DNA of 48,437 bases from Candidatus Nomurabacteria bacterium. Lineage in GTDB: Bacteria; Patescibacteriota; Minisyncoccia; Phycocordibacterales; UBA9973. The stretch is from NCBI GenBank assembly GCA_943356375.1, contig CALRET010000001.1, forward strand, positions 1-48,437, read 5' to 3'. The translations under genes and the position numbers were made by a program. Each line of letters starts with the position of its first letter. The first letter of the stretch is position 1. Of this stretch, positions 29,530 through 38,769 are shown in pieces. Below the pieces are notes generated by a model. That model saw only the letters and a program-made list of their open reading frames with translations, did no database searches and was not told the origin of the DNA.

Positions 29530-30336
29530 ATGCAATTCAACTATTTTGACATCCATTCTCATTTAAATCTAAAACCGCTCTATGAATCGCGCGCGGGTGT
29601 TCTCGCGCGTATGAAGGAGCAGGGGGTGGGGACGATTACGGTTGGAGTTGATTATGGGACATCGAAGATTGCGATTGATCTTGCAGAAGAAAATCCTGAC
29701 CTGTTGTGGGCAACGGTAGGATTGCATCCGAATGATAATGTAGACGAAATTTTTGAATATGAAAAATATCTCGAACTTGCAAAACATCCAAAAGTTGTGG
29801 CAATTGGCGAATGTGGACTCGACTATTTTCGAGATCAGTCTGAAGAAACAAAAATACAACAGAAAGAAATTTTTAAAAAACAAATTGAATTAGCGATTGA
29901 AGTTGGAAAACCACTCATGATCCACGCTCGACCAAGCAAGGGAAGTATGGACGCATATAAAGACGTATTAAATATTCTGGAATCCTACTGTAACCTACAA
30001 CCTGCAACCTTTAACCTGCTCTGCAATTTTCACTTCTTCGTCGGTGACCTATCTATTGCAAACCGAATCGCTATAAACGGTTGGACAATGTCATATGATG
30101 GACCGATTACATTCTCAACGGATTACGATGAAGTAATTCGCTCCACACCTATTGAAAACATTATGGCCGAGACTGATGCACCTTATGCCGCACCTGTGCC
30201 ATATCGAGGAAAAACCTGTGAATCATGGATGGTTACAGAAGTAATTAAAAAGATCGCAGAATTAAAGGGAATGACTGAAGAAGAATGCAAACAGGCAATG
30301 CTCTCCAATGTAAAACGCGTATTTGGGATAGAGTAA
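29530..30336 (+). CDS. tatD: TatD family nuclease
   Basis: DIHSH, GLHP, IGECGLDY, IHAR, ETDAPY. Confidence 0.95.
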   Translation: MQFNYFDIHSHLNLKPLYESRAGVLARMKEQGVGTITVGVDYGTSKIAIDLAEENPDLLWATVGLHPNDNVDEIFEYEKYLELAKHPKVVAIGECGLDYFRDQSEETKIQQKEIFKKQIELAIEVGKPLMIHARPSKGSMDAYKDVLNILESYCNLQPATFNLLCNFHFFVGDLSIANRIAINGWTMSYDGPITFSTDYDEVIRSTPIENIMAETDAPYAAPVPYRGKTCESWMVTEVIKKIAELKGMTEEECKQAMLSNVKRVFGIE

Positions 30337-30378
30337 TAATTGATTTACTATTAGGAGGTTTGTTGCTATCCTGTATAT

Positions 30379-30864
30379 ATGACTTCTCAATCATCGGAAA
30401 ACCAAGTAAGAAAAGGAGCAATTCACCACGTACTCGCACAATCCTATAGTGTTTTTTTTGTCGGATTTTTATTGGGAGTAATCTATGATCTCATCTGGCC
30501 TAATATGTTTTTTACAGGAGAGTGGACTTTGTGGATTGGCGGAGTACTTATTGTTTTAGGATCTATCTTTGTGCAATGGGCGCAAAAAACTTCTAAATCA
30601 TTTAATAAGCGTGTTGCTGGGCGAACACCAGAACTTCTCGACTTTCTAGACGGACCATATCGATTCACTCGAGGCCCGACACATTTTGGATTACTCTGTA
30701 TGTTGTTCGGATTTGGCGTACTAGTGAATTCACTCGGAATGGTTATTTTCTCTATTGTTTCATATGTTTTATCAAAGATATTTTTTCTTAATAAAGAAGA
30801 AGAGTTACTTGAAAAAAAATACGGGGAAGTGTATCGAGAATACAAAAAAAGAGTTACAAGATAA
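30379..30864 (+). CDS. Isoprenylcysteine/phospholipid methyltransferase-like membrane protein
   Basis: GPYRFTRGP, EEELLEKKYGEVYREYKKRV. Confidence 0.8.
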   Translation: MTSQSSENQVRKGAIHHVLAQSYSVFFVGFLLGVIYDLIWPNMFFTGEWTLWIGGVLIVLGSIFVQWAQKTSKSFNKRVAGRTPELLDFLDGPYRFTRGPTHFGLLCMLFGFGVLVNSLGMVIFSIVSYVLSKIFFLNKEEELLEKKYGEVYREYKKRVTR

Positions 30865-30873
30865 TTATTTTAT

Positions 30874-31596
30874 ATGCTATCTTTTTTTTACGGTACAGAT
30901 TATAGGGCACGATTAGAAGCGGTGACTCTATATATCAAGACACTTCAAAATCCTCATGTTGAGCGTCTCACCGCGGATACGTTTTCAGAAAGAGTGTTTA
31001 ATGCCTCACTCGAACGAAATTCTTTGTTTGGAGATGCACAAGTAGTGATACTTGAAGATTGCGCAACAAGCAATGGAGATGTATTACAATTTTTAAAGAA
31101 TAATATCGATGCTATTGTTGTTTCACCAACAGTTGTTATTGCAACACAAGATTCATTCTTAAAGAAAGATCAGAAATATTTTACACATCCCGATATATCT
31201 ATAGAACATACCGGAGATGAAAAGAGAGAAGGAATCAGATCAAAAACATTATTTGCATTGACTGATGCTTTGGCTGCGAATTCAAAAAAAGATGTCTGGG
31301 TGCTTTATCTCAAGGAGTGTGAACAGGGAACACGACCAGAAGAAATATTCGGTGTATTGTTTTGGATGTTGAAGATTCTGCGGCTGCGCCACGAAAAGGA
31401 TATCAGAGAAACTGAACTTTCAAAATTGGGCATTCATCCGTTTGTCTGGCAGAAAGCCGGACATGGAGCTAAGAATTTTACTAAGGAAAAATTGGATGGA
31501 ATGATCGTATCACTCACGATTATTTTTCATGAAGCGAGAAAGAAGGGAATTGATTTAGAGATATTGTTGGAAGAATGGATTTTGAGGGAGATATAA
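30874..31596 (+). CDS. holA: DNA polymerase III delta subunit (short)
   Basis: FFYGTD, SLFGD, LFALTDAL, GIHPFV, LEEWIL. Confidence 0.75.
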   Translation: MLSFFYGTDYRARLEAVTLYIKTLQNPHVERLTADTFSERVFNASLERNSLFGDAQVVILEDCATSNGDVLQFLKNNIDAIVVSPTVVIATQDSFLKKDQKYFTHPDISIEHTGDEKREGIRSKTLFALTDALAANSKKDVWVLYLKECEQGTRPEEIFGVLFWMLKILRLRHEKDIRETELSKLGIHPFVWQKAGHGAKNFTKEKLDGMIVSLTIIFHEARKKGIDLEILLEEWILREI

Positions 31597-31656
31597 AACA
31601 CAGGTTCTAGTTTCTAGGGACTAGGTGCTAGTTCCTTTTTTATTTAAAAAGACAAA

Positions 31657-31866
31657 TAAAAAAGGGTCTCATGTTTGGCATCTAAAAATAAATGACATAC
31701 ATGAGACCCTTTAATAAGTCTTAAAGAACAGGTTGATTTCAAAACAATGAACAAGTCTGCAAAAAATAATAATGTTTGCAGGAGAGAATGCTAATTTTAG
31801 CAACTTCATTTTTATGTCCTATGCGGAACCACATAAGTTCTTAAATTTGATTCTCTCAAAGACCTG
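31657..31866 (-). ncRNA. Putative orphan structured small RNA, or the mRNA of a 32-aa peptide
   Basis: TTGCCA-16-TACAAT promoter (31872-31899), terminator 31657-31712, internal hairpins, small ORF at 31711-31809. Confidence 0.4.
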
Positions 31867-31907
31867 GATACATTGTACCTTAGAAAGCACATATGGCAAT
31901 ATCTAGC

Positions 31908-31916
31908 TGTGGATAA
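31908..31916 (-). promoter_or_regulatory. Perfect DnaA box
   Basis: TGTGGATAA in intergenic DNA. Confidence 0.55.
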
Positions 31917-31979
31917 CTCTGGAACAGGTGGTAGGTTCTAGGTGCTAGTTTCTAGTAAATACCCATAAGATTTAAGTTA

Positions 31980-32492
31980 CTAGTTATTCTCTCGGAGGCG
32001 GATTATTAAGATAAGTGTGATAAGCGCAGCAATCGTAAGGGACATAACAGGTATCGTGACATATCCAAATTCCCGTACATATTCAAGGAGACATGAGGTA
32101 CCCGTGCCACACGGAGAGGTACTCGCATTAAACCAAAATAGTGCATTGTGCCAAAACGCAATAATCACTCCTATTGAAGATAGGATAATTCCTGGTATAA
32201 GAAATAGGTCTGTTTTTTTAATGTAACCATATCCGAAAATAATAACCAATGGGTATAGTGCAATTCGTTGATACCAACAAAGATCACATGGAGGGAAGGA
32301 AAGAACTAGAGAATATAACAGACTTCCAATGATAGATCCTAAAGACAAAAGGCATACAAAAAGATCTCCATGTTTTTTTATATATTCTATGATAGGACGA
32401 ATATTAATGATCCATGTAAATAAAATACCAACGAATACTATTTGAAGAAATATTGTCCCTACTGCGGTTCCTTGTACTATGAGTGATTGCAT
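31980..32492 (-). CDS. Disulfide bond formation protein, DsbB/BdbC family
   Basis: PCDLCWYQRIALYP, second Cys pair, TIPVMSL. ATG at 32492. Confidence 0.92.
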   Translation of the reverse strand: MQSLIVQGTAVGTIFLQIVFVGILFTWIINIRPIIEYIKKHGDLFVCLLSLGSIIGSLLYSLVLSFPPCDLCWYQRIALYPLVIIFGYGYIKKTDLFLIPGIILSSIGVIIAFWHNALFWFNASTSPCGTGTSCLLEYVREFGYVTIPVMSLTIAALITLILIIRLRENN

Positions 32493-32493
32493 A

Positions 32494-32877
32494 TTATTGT
32501 TTTTCAGGTAATAGACAACTTGTTTTTTCAGCAAGTGTTTCTAGTGGGATTTCTCCAGAGAGACGAGATCCATCAGGAAATTCCCATGTTGGATAGCCGG
32601 TAATATTTGCGTCTTTACAGATCTGTAGAGTTCCTTGTCCGTTTGCTGTTGAGCATTCAATATAAGGAAGGAGTTTCATTGATTTACCAAATAATGCTTT
32701 TTGGTTCCTGCAATGTGGACACCAGAAAGTACCAAAAAATTTTGTTCCGCTGTCTTTAAGACAAGTCGCAAATTCATCATAAATTGTCGGTTGTTTTTTT
32801 TGAACACCAAACCAAATTCCTAAGCCGATAAAACCAAGTGCACAGATTCCGATAACAATGTATGTAAGTTTGCTCAT
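32494..32877 (-). CDS. Membrane-anchored thioredoxin-like protein
   Basis: WCPHC, YIECS, GYPTWEF; adjacent to the DsbB-family gene. Confidence 0.88.
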   Translation of the reverse strand: MSKLTYIVIGICALGFIGLGIWFGVQKKQPTIYDEFATCLKDSGTKFFGTFWCPHCRNQKALFGKSMKLLPYIECSTANGQGTLQICKDANITGYPTWEFPDGSRLSGEIPLETLAEKTSCLLPEKQ

Positions 32878-32963
32878 ATTTGTTAAATATATATTATTTT
32901 TTGAATACAGTCTACCTTCTTGTCCATAGATCTTAATGATGATAGTCTATACTAATCTCACAT

Positions 32964-33629
32964 ATGCTTACTTCTCTAGTTAAGAATCAAACAAAAAATA
33001 TTACCTCGTTAGGAGTTGGATTTTTGGTTGTGCTTATTATTACCTCGTTCTTTCATGAATTGTCTGAATCTTCCTACGAACTGAGTGTCATTCTCTATGG
33101 AGCACTTGCAATTGCTTTAGGTATCGCAGTTGGGAGATTTCTTGCTGTACATGTGAGTGTGTGTGATCATGTGCATTTGGACAACTCAAAGGATCTTTCA
33201 TTTCTTTTAGTCGTCTGTCTAACTAGTTTCGGGCACACGATTATTGATGGGTCAGTTCTTGATAGTGCATGGTCGCTCTCGACCAGTGCTGGGATATTCG
33301 CACTGCTTGCAATCGTGGGACATGAGATATTCAGAACAGGAGTTTTGTTTAGTGTGCTTCGAGCGATGGGATTTCCAAAGTGGGTGAGTGGACTTTCTGT
33401 ATTTGGAATTTCTATTGCTGGTCTCCTTATTGGATTTATTCTCGGCGGATTTCTTGATCTTGGATCATACGAAGGATTTGTACACATCATCTCAATCTTT
33501 TTCTATACGATCGTCGTTACCGATGTTTTTCTTTTCTTAAAAAAACATTACGAAGGGATTGCATACGTATTCCTTTTCATTGGAGCAATTATCGGATTGA
33601 TTGTTGAAGTGGTGATATCGATACATTAG
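32964..33629 (+). CDS. ZIP-like metal transporter (divergent)
   Basis: Multi-TM; HTIIDG and AIVGHEI resemble ZIP TM4/TM5 motifs; His-containing loop. Confidence 0.6.
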   Translation: MLTSLVKNQTKNITSLGVGFLVVLIITSFFHELSESSYELSVILYGALAIALGIAVGRFLAVHVSVCDHVHLDNSKDLSFLLVVCLTSFGHTIIDGSVLDSAWSLSTSAGIFALLAIVGHEIFRTGVLFSVLRAMGFPKWVSGLSVFGISIAGLLIGFILGGFLDLGSYEGFVHIISIFFYTIVVTDVFLFLKKHYEGIAYVFLFIGAIIGLIVEVVISIH

Positions 33630-33635
33630 AGATAG

Positions 33636-33959
33636 TGTGGTCAGGAATAATTTTGTTTTCGTCAAAACAAAATTTTCACGACCCTGGGTATGGAATTGCC
33701 CCTCGTTTCACTCGGAATCCTCAATTTTATAACTGTGGTCAGGGATATTTTTTCTGTCGTCACAGAAAAAATTCCACGACCCTGGCTCGCGGTTTTATCT
33801 GCTGATAAAACATCACTCCGCCTCGCACAAGCTAAAAATCTCCCGCAGGGGAGATTTTTTAATTTAGCTGTGGTCACACATAAAATTCTGCTGAATTTTT
33901 GCGCGACCCCGCCTCGGCACCGTCGTGCCTGTGGCTCGCACAAAGTGTCCCACACTTTG
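33636..33959 (-). repeat. Three covarying hairpin repeats downstream of tRNA-Lys
   Basis: TGTGGTCA...hairpin...CGACCC at 33636, 33734 and 33869. Confidence 0.8.
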
Positions 33960-34032
33960 TGCGCCCGGTAGGAATTGAACCTACGACCATCTCCTTAAAA
34001 GGGAGCTGCTCTACCAACTGAGCTACGGGCGC
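33960..34032 (-). tRNA. tRNA-Lys(TTT), CCA not encoded
   Basis: GCGCCCG acceptor stem, AGCTCAGTTGGTAGAGC D-arm, CTTTTAA anticodon loop, GGTTCAATTCC T-arm. Confidence 0.95.
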
Positions 34033-34111
34033 ATATATAAATTAAAGATAAAAAACAACTTCTCTTGTTTACAATAAGAGAAAAATACCATATTCTTAGC
34101 TCAAAAGCAAT

Positions 34112-34585
34112 ATGAAAAATAAATCCGTTGCCATTTTATATAACACTCGAAGCACACATAACGTGGGCTCAATCTTTCGCACTGCAGATGCGGTTGGGAT
34201 TTCGCACATCTATTTGATTGGCTATACGCCGGCTCCGATTGATCGATTTGGTCGAGAACGGAAAGATATTGCAAAGGTCTCATTAGGAGCAGAAGTGTCT
34301 ATTCCATGGTCGCACCATGAGACTATTGATGCAGTCTTCTCGGAACTGAAAGAGAAAGAGTACCAATTGGTTGCCATTGAACAATCGCCACAAAGTGTTG
34401 ATTATAAAGATGTGAAGGTTGGTGAATTAATCGCCTTTATTGTTGGAGAAGAAGTTGAAGGTCTACCTGAAAAAATATTGGAGATGGTAGATGTAGTGGC
34501 AGAAATACCTATGGCCGGAACAAAAGAATCCCTCAATGTTTCAGTCGCCTTTGGTATCGCTGTCTTTAGGATCCTAGGGTTATAA
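34112..34585 (+). CDS. SpoU/TrmH family RNA methyltransferase
   Basis: NVGSIFRTADA, VGEEVEGL, IPMAGTKESLNVSVA. Confidence 0.93.
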   Translation: MKNKSVAILYNTRSTHNVGSIFRTADAVGISHIYLIGYTPAPIDRFGRERKDIAKVSLGAEVSIPWSHHETIDAVFSELKEKEYQLVAIEQSPQSVDYKDVKVGELIAFIVGEEVEGLPEKILEMVDVVAEIPMAGTKESLNVSVAFGIAVFRILGL

Positions 34586-34674
34586 CTGGGTATCCGAATT
34601 TACTAAAACCTAGTCCTTAGAACCTAGCACCTAGTTTTTTGACAAATCGCTCCTTTCTTGCTAATGTATGACCC

Positions 34675-35166
34675 ATGGAAAAAGAAACGATTGAGGGAGC
34701 AGTAACAGCTCGAGTTTACGAACTCGGGTATCTCCTTGTCCCAACTCTCGCCGAAGAGAAGGTACGAGACGCTGCACAAAAAATTAAAGACACATTATCA
34801 CAGTTCGGCGCTACTCTATTATCAGAGGATTCACCGATATCGATCGATCTTGCGTATACAATGGCAAAAACCATTGAAAACAAGAAAGAGAAATTCGATG
34901 AAGCATATTTTGGTTGGATTAAGTTCGAGGTGCTTCCGGAAGGACTTGCATCTATTAAGAACTGGTGCGACAATGAAGTGGACATTATTCGATTTATTAT
35001 TATAAAAACGGTTCGTGAAAACACCGTATCGTCGAAAAGATCACTTGCAAAAGATAGTACCAAGAAAAAACAACCTGTTCTTGTCGAAGAAACCGAAGCC
35101 TCAAAACAAGTCATTGATGAAAAAGTTATCGATGAGCAGATTGAAGAATTGGTTACCCCAAAATAA
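34675..35166 (+). CDS. rpsF: 30S ribosomal protein S6
   Basis: YELGYLL, LAYTM, IIRFIIIK; first gene of rpsF-ssb-rpsR. Confidence 0.9.
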   Translation: MEKETIEGAVTARVYELGYLLVPTLAEEKVRDAAQKIKDTLSQFGATLLSEDSPISIDLAYTMAKTIENKKEKFDEAYFGWIKFEVLPEGLASIKNWCDNEVDIIRFIIIKTVRENTVSSKRSLAKDSTKKKQPVLVEETEASKQVIDEKVIDEQIEELVTPK

Positions 35167-35169
35167 TAT

Positions 35170-35631
35170 ATGTATCTCAATAAAGCGATTATCATAGGAA
35201 ATCTAACCCGAGACCCGGAGCTCAAGTCGCTCCCGTCTGGTATTAAAGTGGCGAGTTTCGGTGTTGCTACTAACCGCACATGGAAAGATCAAACAGGTGC
35301 TAAAAAAGAAGCAGTTGAATATCACAATGTGGTCGCATTCGGTAAACAAGCGGAACTCATCGCTCAGTACTGCAAGAAAGGTAATTCTATTTATGTTGAA
35401 GGCCGAATGCAGACTCGAAGTTGGGATGCACAAGATGGATCTAAAAAATATCGCTCAGAGATCATTATTGAAAACTTCCAGTTCGGTCCAAAAGGATCAG
35501 GAGGAGGAAGTGATTCACCATATAGTCAATCAAGTGCTCCAGTGCCGAAAAGTGCAAAGAAAGAAGAAGATTCACTCGAATCGATAGAATATCCAGAAGA
35601 AGACATTAATGCTGAAGATATACCATTCTAG
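35170..35631 (+). CDS. ssb: Single-stranded DNA-binding protein
   Basis: LNKAIIIGNLTRDPE, VEGRMQTRSW, C-terminal DIPF. Confidence 0.98.
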   Translation: MYLNKAIIIGNLTRDPELKSLPSGIKVASFGVATNRTWKDQTGAKKEAVEYHNVVAFGKQAELIAQYCKKGNSIYVEGRMQTRSWDAQDGSKKYRSEIIIENFQFGPKGSGGGSDSPYSQSSAPVPKSAKKEEDSLESIEYPEEDINAEDIPF

Positions 35632-35750
35632 ATAAATTTTCAATTATGATTTACAAAGTACAAATGAATTTAAAATTATTAAATTAAAAAATTGATTTGT
35701 AACTTATACTTTTAAATTAGAAATTTATTTTTATTAATATAAAAATACTT

Positions 35751-35951
35751 ATGAAACAAGATTATTTCTCATCAAATAATATCAAATACATCGATTATAA
35801 AGATGTTGATATTCTAAAGAAATTCCTAAATCCAAACGGACGTATCACAGGAAAGCGCCGAAGTGGTCTTACTGCAAAAAATCAACGCAAGCTCGCGACC
35901 GCAGTTAAGCACTCACGATTTATGGGACTTCTACCATTTATCGCAAAATAA
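35751..35951 (+). CDS. rpsR: 30S ribosomal protein S18
   Basis: IDYKDVDILKKF, QRKLATAVKHSRFMGLLPF. Confidence 0.97.
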   Translation: MKQDYFSSNNIKYIDYKDVDILKKFLNPNGRITGKRRSGLTAKNQRKLATAVKHSRFMGLLPFIAK

Positions 35952-35988
35952 ACGGATAAATAAAAATCCCCGCTTTATGCGGGGTTTT

Positions 35989-36495
35989 TTAGTTCGTTAA
36001 AATATTTTCTTGTAATTCTTTTGAACCAATTATTTGGTAGGGAATATCCATACCACTTAGAATCTCTTCAGGTATATCAGAAACAGATAATACAATAAAT
36101 ATATCATAGGCGCCTGTACCAGACCGTACAATCTTTTCCAGGGATTCTTTTAGGGTTGTTGTTTTTGATTTGATGTTATTCCTACTGTATCTGATATCTT
36201 TTGTTTGTTGATATGGTGGATCAAGTGTTGGATCCAACAACTCTAACTGCCTCACTGCTAAACCTCTGGTTATTTTTGCTTTTGACAAAAATTCAGTAAT
36301 TTCATTTAGAGTGAATTCCAGCGCTTCACTGGTATTACCTGTTATACATAATGGATGTAATAATTTGCCACCCAGTGATTTGTCTTGCAGATGTGGAAAC
36401 ATATCCAGTAAATAGGTTTTCAACATAGTATTGAATCCTGAATAGTCACTTCTTTGTTGCGGAATAGTTGCAATCAAGATTTTTTCGTTAACCAT
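35989..36495 (-). CDS. Hypothetical protein
   Basis: ORF convergent with rpsR, ending at hairpin 35962-35989; ATG 36495 preferred. Confidence 0.55.
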   Translation of the reverse strand: MVNEKILIATIPQQRSDYSGFNTMLKTYLLDMFPHLQDKSLGGKLLHPLCITGNTSEALEFTLNEITEFLSKAKITRGLAVRQLELLDPTLDPPYQQTKDIRYSRNNIKSKTTTLKESLEKIVRSGTGAYDIFIVLSVSDIPEEILSGMDIPYQIIGSKELQENILTN

Positions 36496-36559
36496 ATAAC
36501 GTACATTTCGTCTGAATATACTATACATCATTAGTTGTAAAAAGGCAAGAGTTGTATAT

Positions 36560-36602
36560 ACAAAATCTCCTAGTGAACCGACGGTTCACTAGGAGATTTT
36601 GT
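36560..36602. repeat. 43-bp perfect palindrome (REP-like, or efp terminator)
   Basis: ACAAAATCTCCTAGTGAACCG-A-CGGTTCACTAGGAGATTTTGT. Confidence 0.85.
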
Positions 36603-36667
36603 CTGATGTTTATTTATTATGCCCACCTTTGCACACTCGGTTTAGTTATCTCAGTATTTTCATGTGT

Positions 36668-37243
36668 CTATGCACGTTCGACATATTCACCGGATTCAGT
36701 GTTCACAATGATTCTTTGTCCTGCTTCGAGGAATAGTGGCCCGTTGAGTGTTGTTCCGTTTTCAAGAACAATAACTTTATTTCCTCCTGCTGCAGTATTT
36801 CCTTTCATTGATGGGGGAGCTTCTTTAATAGTGAATTCTATTTTTATTGGTAATTGAATCCCAATGACTATTTCTTCTTCGTCGTCATCTTCAAAAGTCA
36901 TAAGATCAACAATGACATCTTGTTTAAGGAATTTTGCAGGAGTACCAATTTTATCTTTTGGTATTGAAAATCTTTTTGCTGGGTCTGATTCTTCACAAAA
37001 CCAATAGTCGCCTTTTGCTTCGTATAAGAATTTTATTTTCCGTTTTCCGAGTTCTGCTTCTTCAACTTTTTCTGAGACATGGAAAGAAACTTCTGCTACG
37101 CGTCCAGTAAGGAGGTTTTTTAGTTTTGTCGCATTGACCGGTTTTCGCTGTTGTTTACGGAAAACATGACTTGAGAGGACCTCATAAGGTTCTCCTTCCC
37201 AGATGATCATTTTTCGTTCTCGGATTTCGCTATATTCCAACAT
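36668..37243 (-). CDS. efp: Elongation factor P
   Basis: KLKNLLTG, KFLY, PPSMKGNTA, LENG, VNTESGEYVERA. Start at ATG 37243. Confidence 0.93.
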   Translation of the reverse strand: MLEYSEIRERKMIIWEGEPYEVLSSHVFRKQQRKPVNATKLKNLLTGRVAEVSFHVSEKVEEAELGKRKIKFLYEAKGDYWFCEESDPAKRFSIPKDKIGTPAKFLKQDVIVDLMTFEDDDEEEIVIGIQLPIKIEFTIKEAPPSMKGNTAAGGNKVIVLENGTTLNGPLFLEAGQRIIVNTESGEYVERA

Positions 37244-37388
37244 AGATGTAGATGATAAGTCATATATAATTATAGTAAACAATATGACCCAATCGAAGGG
37301 GAGTATAACAGAATAGAGCTCGATCGACAACCCATCTTGCTTGAGAAGTTGTTTTATTGTATTATCTGAAACAGATATATATGAGCAC

Positions 37389-37652
37389 ATGGGTCTTGAA
37401 AAAAACATTTCTTCATCACTCCCACTTAAAAATTACTGTATTGCGATCGAACGGTGCTTTGGATCTGGCACAAAAAACAATCACCTTTTTTCTGTAGGTC
37501 CCATTGAGCTTGATGATAAAAAGCGACTCAGTAAAAAGTATTTAAAAAAGATCAAGATCGAATCAAAGAAAAAATTACGAAATTTGGAAAAAGGGAGTTC
37601 CCAATATAAAAAAATGGAATCATTGAAAAAATACTTATCCAAGCATACCTAA
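37389..37652 (+). CDS. Possible small basic protein
   Basis: Lys-rich ORF filling the efp-recA gap and ending at hairpin 37658-37684. Confidence 0.35.
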   Translation: MGLEKNISSSLPLKNYCIAIERCFGSGTKNNHLFSVGPIELDDKKRLSKKYLKKIKIESKKKLRNLEKGSSQYKKMESLKKYLSKHT

Positions 37653-37698
37653 TACGGAAACCCCTGATTTTGCCAGGGGTTTTTATATTTCGTATAGA

Positions 37699-38763
37699 TT
37701 ATTCAGTTCCGCTCTCCATCACTACTTCTTTCATGCGTTTCCTGACATCCTTCATAATCTGGTCGCGTAGCTTTGTATTTTCTTTCATAAAGGTTCGAGT
37801 TGCATCATATCCGCGTCCCAATTTTACTTCTTCACCTTTTTTTCCTTCCTTGTCGATAGGGGTGTAACTGTAACTAGTTCCTGATTTAGTCATGATGCCG
37901 AGTTTTTCTCCGAGAGCGATGAGTTCGCCTTCGAGCGAGATCCCTTCGCCATAAATGATATCGAATTCAGTTTGTTTGAATGGGGCAGCGACCTTATTCT
38001 TCACCACTTTGACACGTGTGCGAGAACCAACCACTTCCTCACCTTTTTTTATCTGTGCGATGCGTCTGATGTCGAGGCGGATTGAAGTATAGAATTTGAG
38101 GGCCTTTCCACCTGGAGTTGTTTCTGGGTTACCGAACATAACACCGATCTGCATGCGAATCTGGTTAATAAAGATAACCACTGTATTTGATTTAGAGACG
38201 ATTGCGGTTAATTTGCGGAGTGCTTGAGACATGAGACGTGCTTGTTTACCCATGTGTTGAGCGCCCATATCACCCTCAATTTCATCTTTTGGAGTCAATG
38301 CTGCTACTGAGTCGATAACAACGACAGCAATTTTACCTGAGCGAACCAGTGATTCACAGATTTCCAATCCTTGTTCTCCTGTGTCAGGTTGGGAGATGAG
38401 TAGATTATCAATATCAACACCGAGGGCTTTTGCATAATCAGGGTCCATTGCGTGTTCTGCATCAATGTATGCGCAGACACCGCCTTGTTTTTGAGCTTCT
38501 GCGACAATATGTGAAGCAAGCGTTGTCTTTCCAGATGATTCCGGACCAAAAATTTCAATGATACGGCCACAGGGAACACCGCCAATACCGAGTGCAATAT
38601 CAAGACCGATCGATCCAGTTGGGATAACTTTAACATCAACCTTTGGTGCCTCGCCAAATTTCATGATTGATCCTTCACCAAATTTTGTTTGAATTGAACG
38701 AATAGTATCTTCAATTCCAGCACCTACCACCTTTTTTTCTTTTTCCGCTTTCTTTTTCATCAT
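37699..38763 (-). CDS. recA: Recombinase A
   Basis: [36 protein letters not shown]. Confidence 0.99.
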   Translation of the reverse strand: MMKKKAEKEKKVVGAGIEDTIRSIQTKFGEGSIMKFGEAPKVDVKVIPTGSIGLDIALGIGGVPCGRIIEIFGPESSGKTTLASHIVAEAQKQGGVCAYIDAEHAMDPDYAKALGVDIDNLLISQPDTGEQGLEICESLVRSGKIAVVVIDSVAALTPKDEIEGDMGAQHMGKQARLMSQALRKLTAIVSKSNTVVIFINQIRMQIGVMFGNPETTPGGKALKFYTSIRLDIRRIAQIKKGEEVVGSRTRVKVVKNKVAAPFKQTEFDIIYGEGISLEGELIALGEKLGIMTKSGTSYSYTPIDKEGKKGEEVKLGRGYDATRTFMKENTKLRDQIMKDVRKRMKEVVMESGTE

Positions 38764-38769
38764 ATGTAT

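Noticed and set aside
33636..33959. CRISPR array
   Set aside because: Units vary internally, spacing is irregular (98 and 135 bp) and there are no cas genes.
33662..33971. ORFs of 97 and 93 aa over the tRNA-adjacent repeats
   Set aside because: Better explained as chance open frames across GC-richer structured repeats.
34716..35279. 187-aa minus-strand ORF and the many other short overlapping ORFs in the track
   Set aside because: Antisense or off-frame shadows of well-supported genes, with no recognisable motifs.
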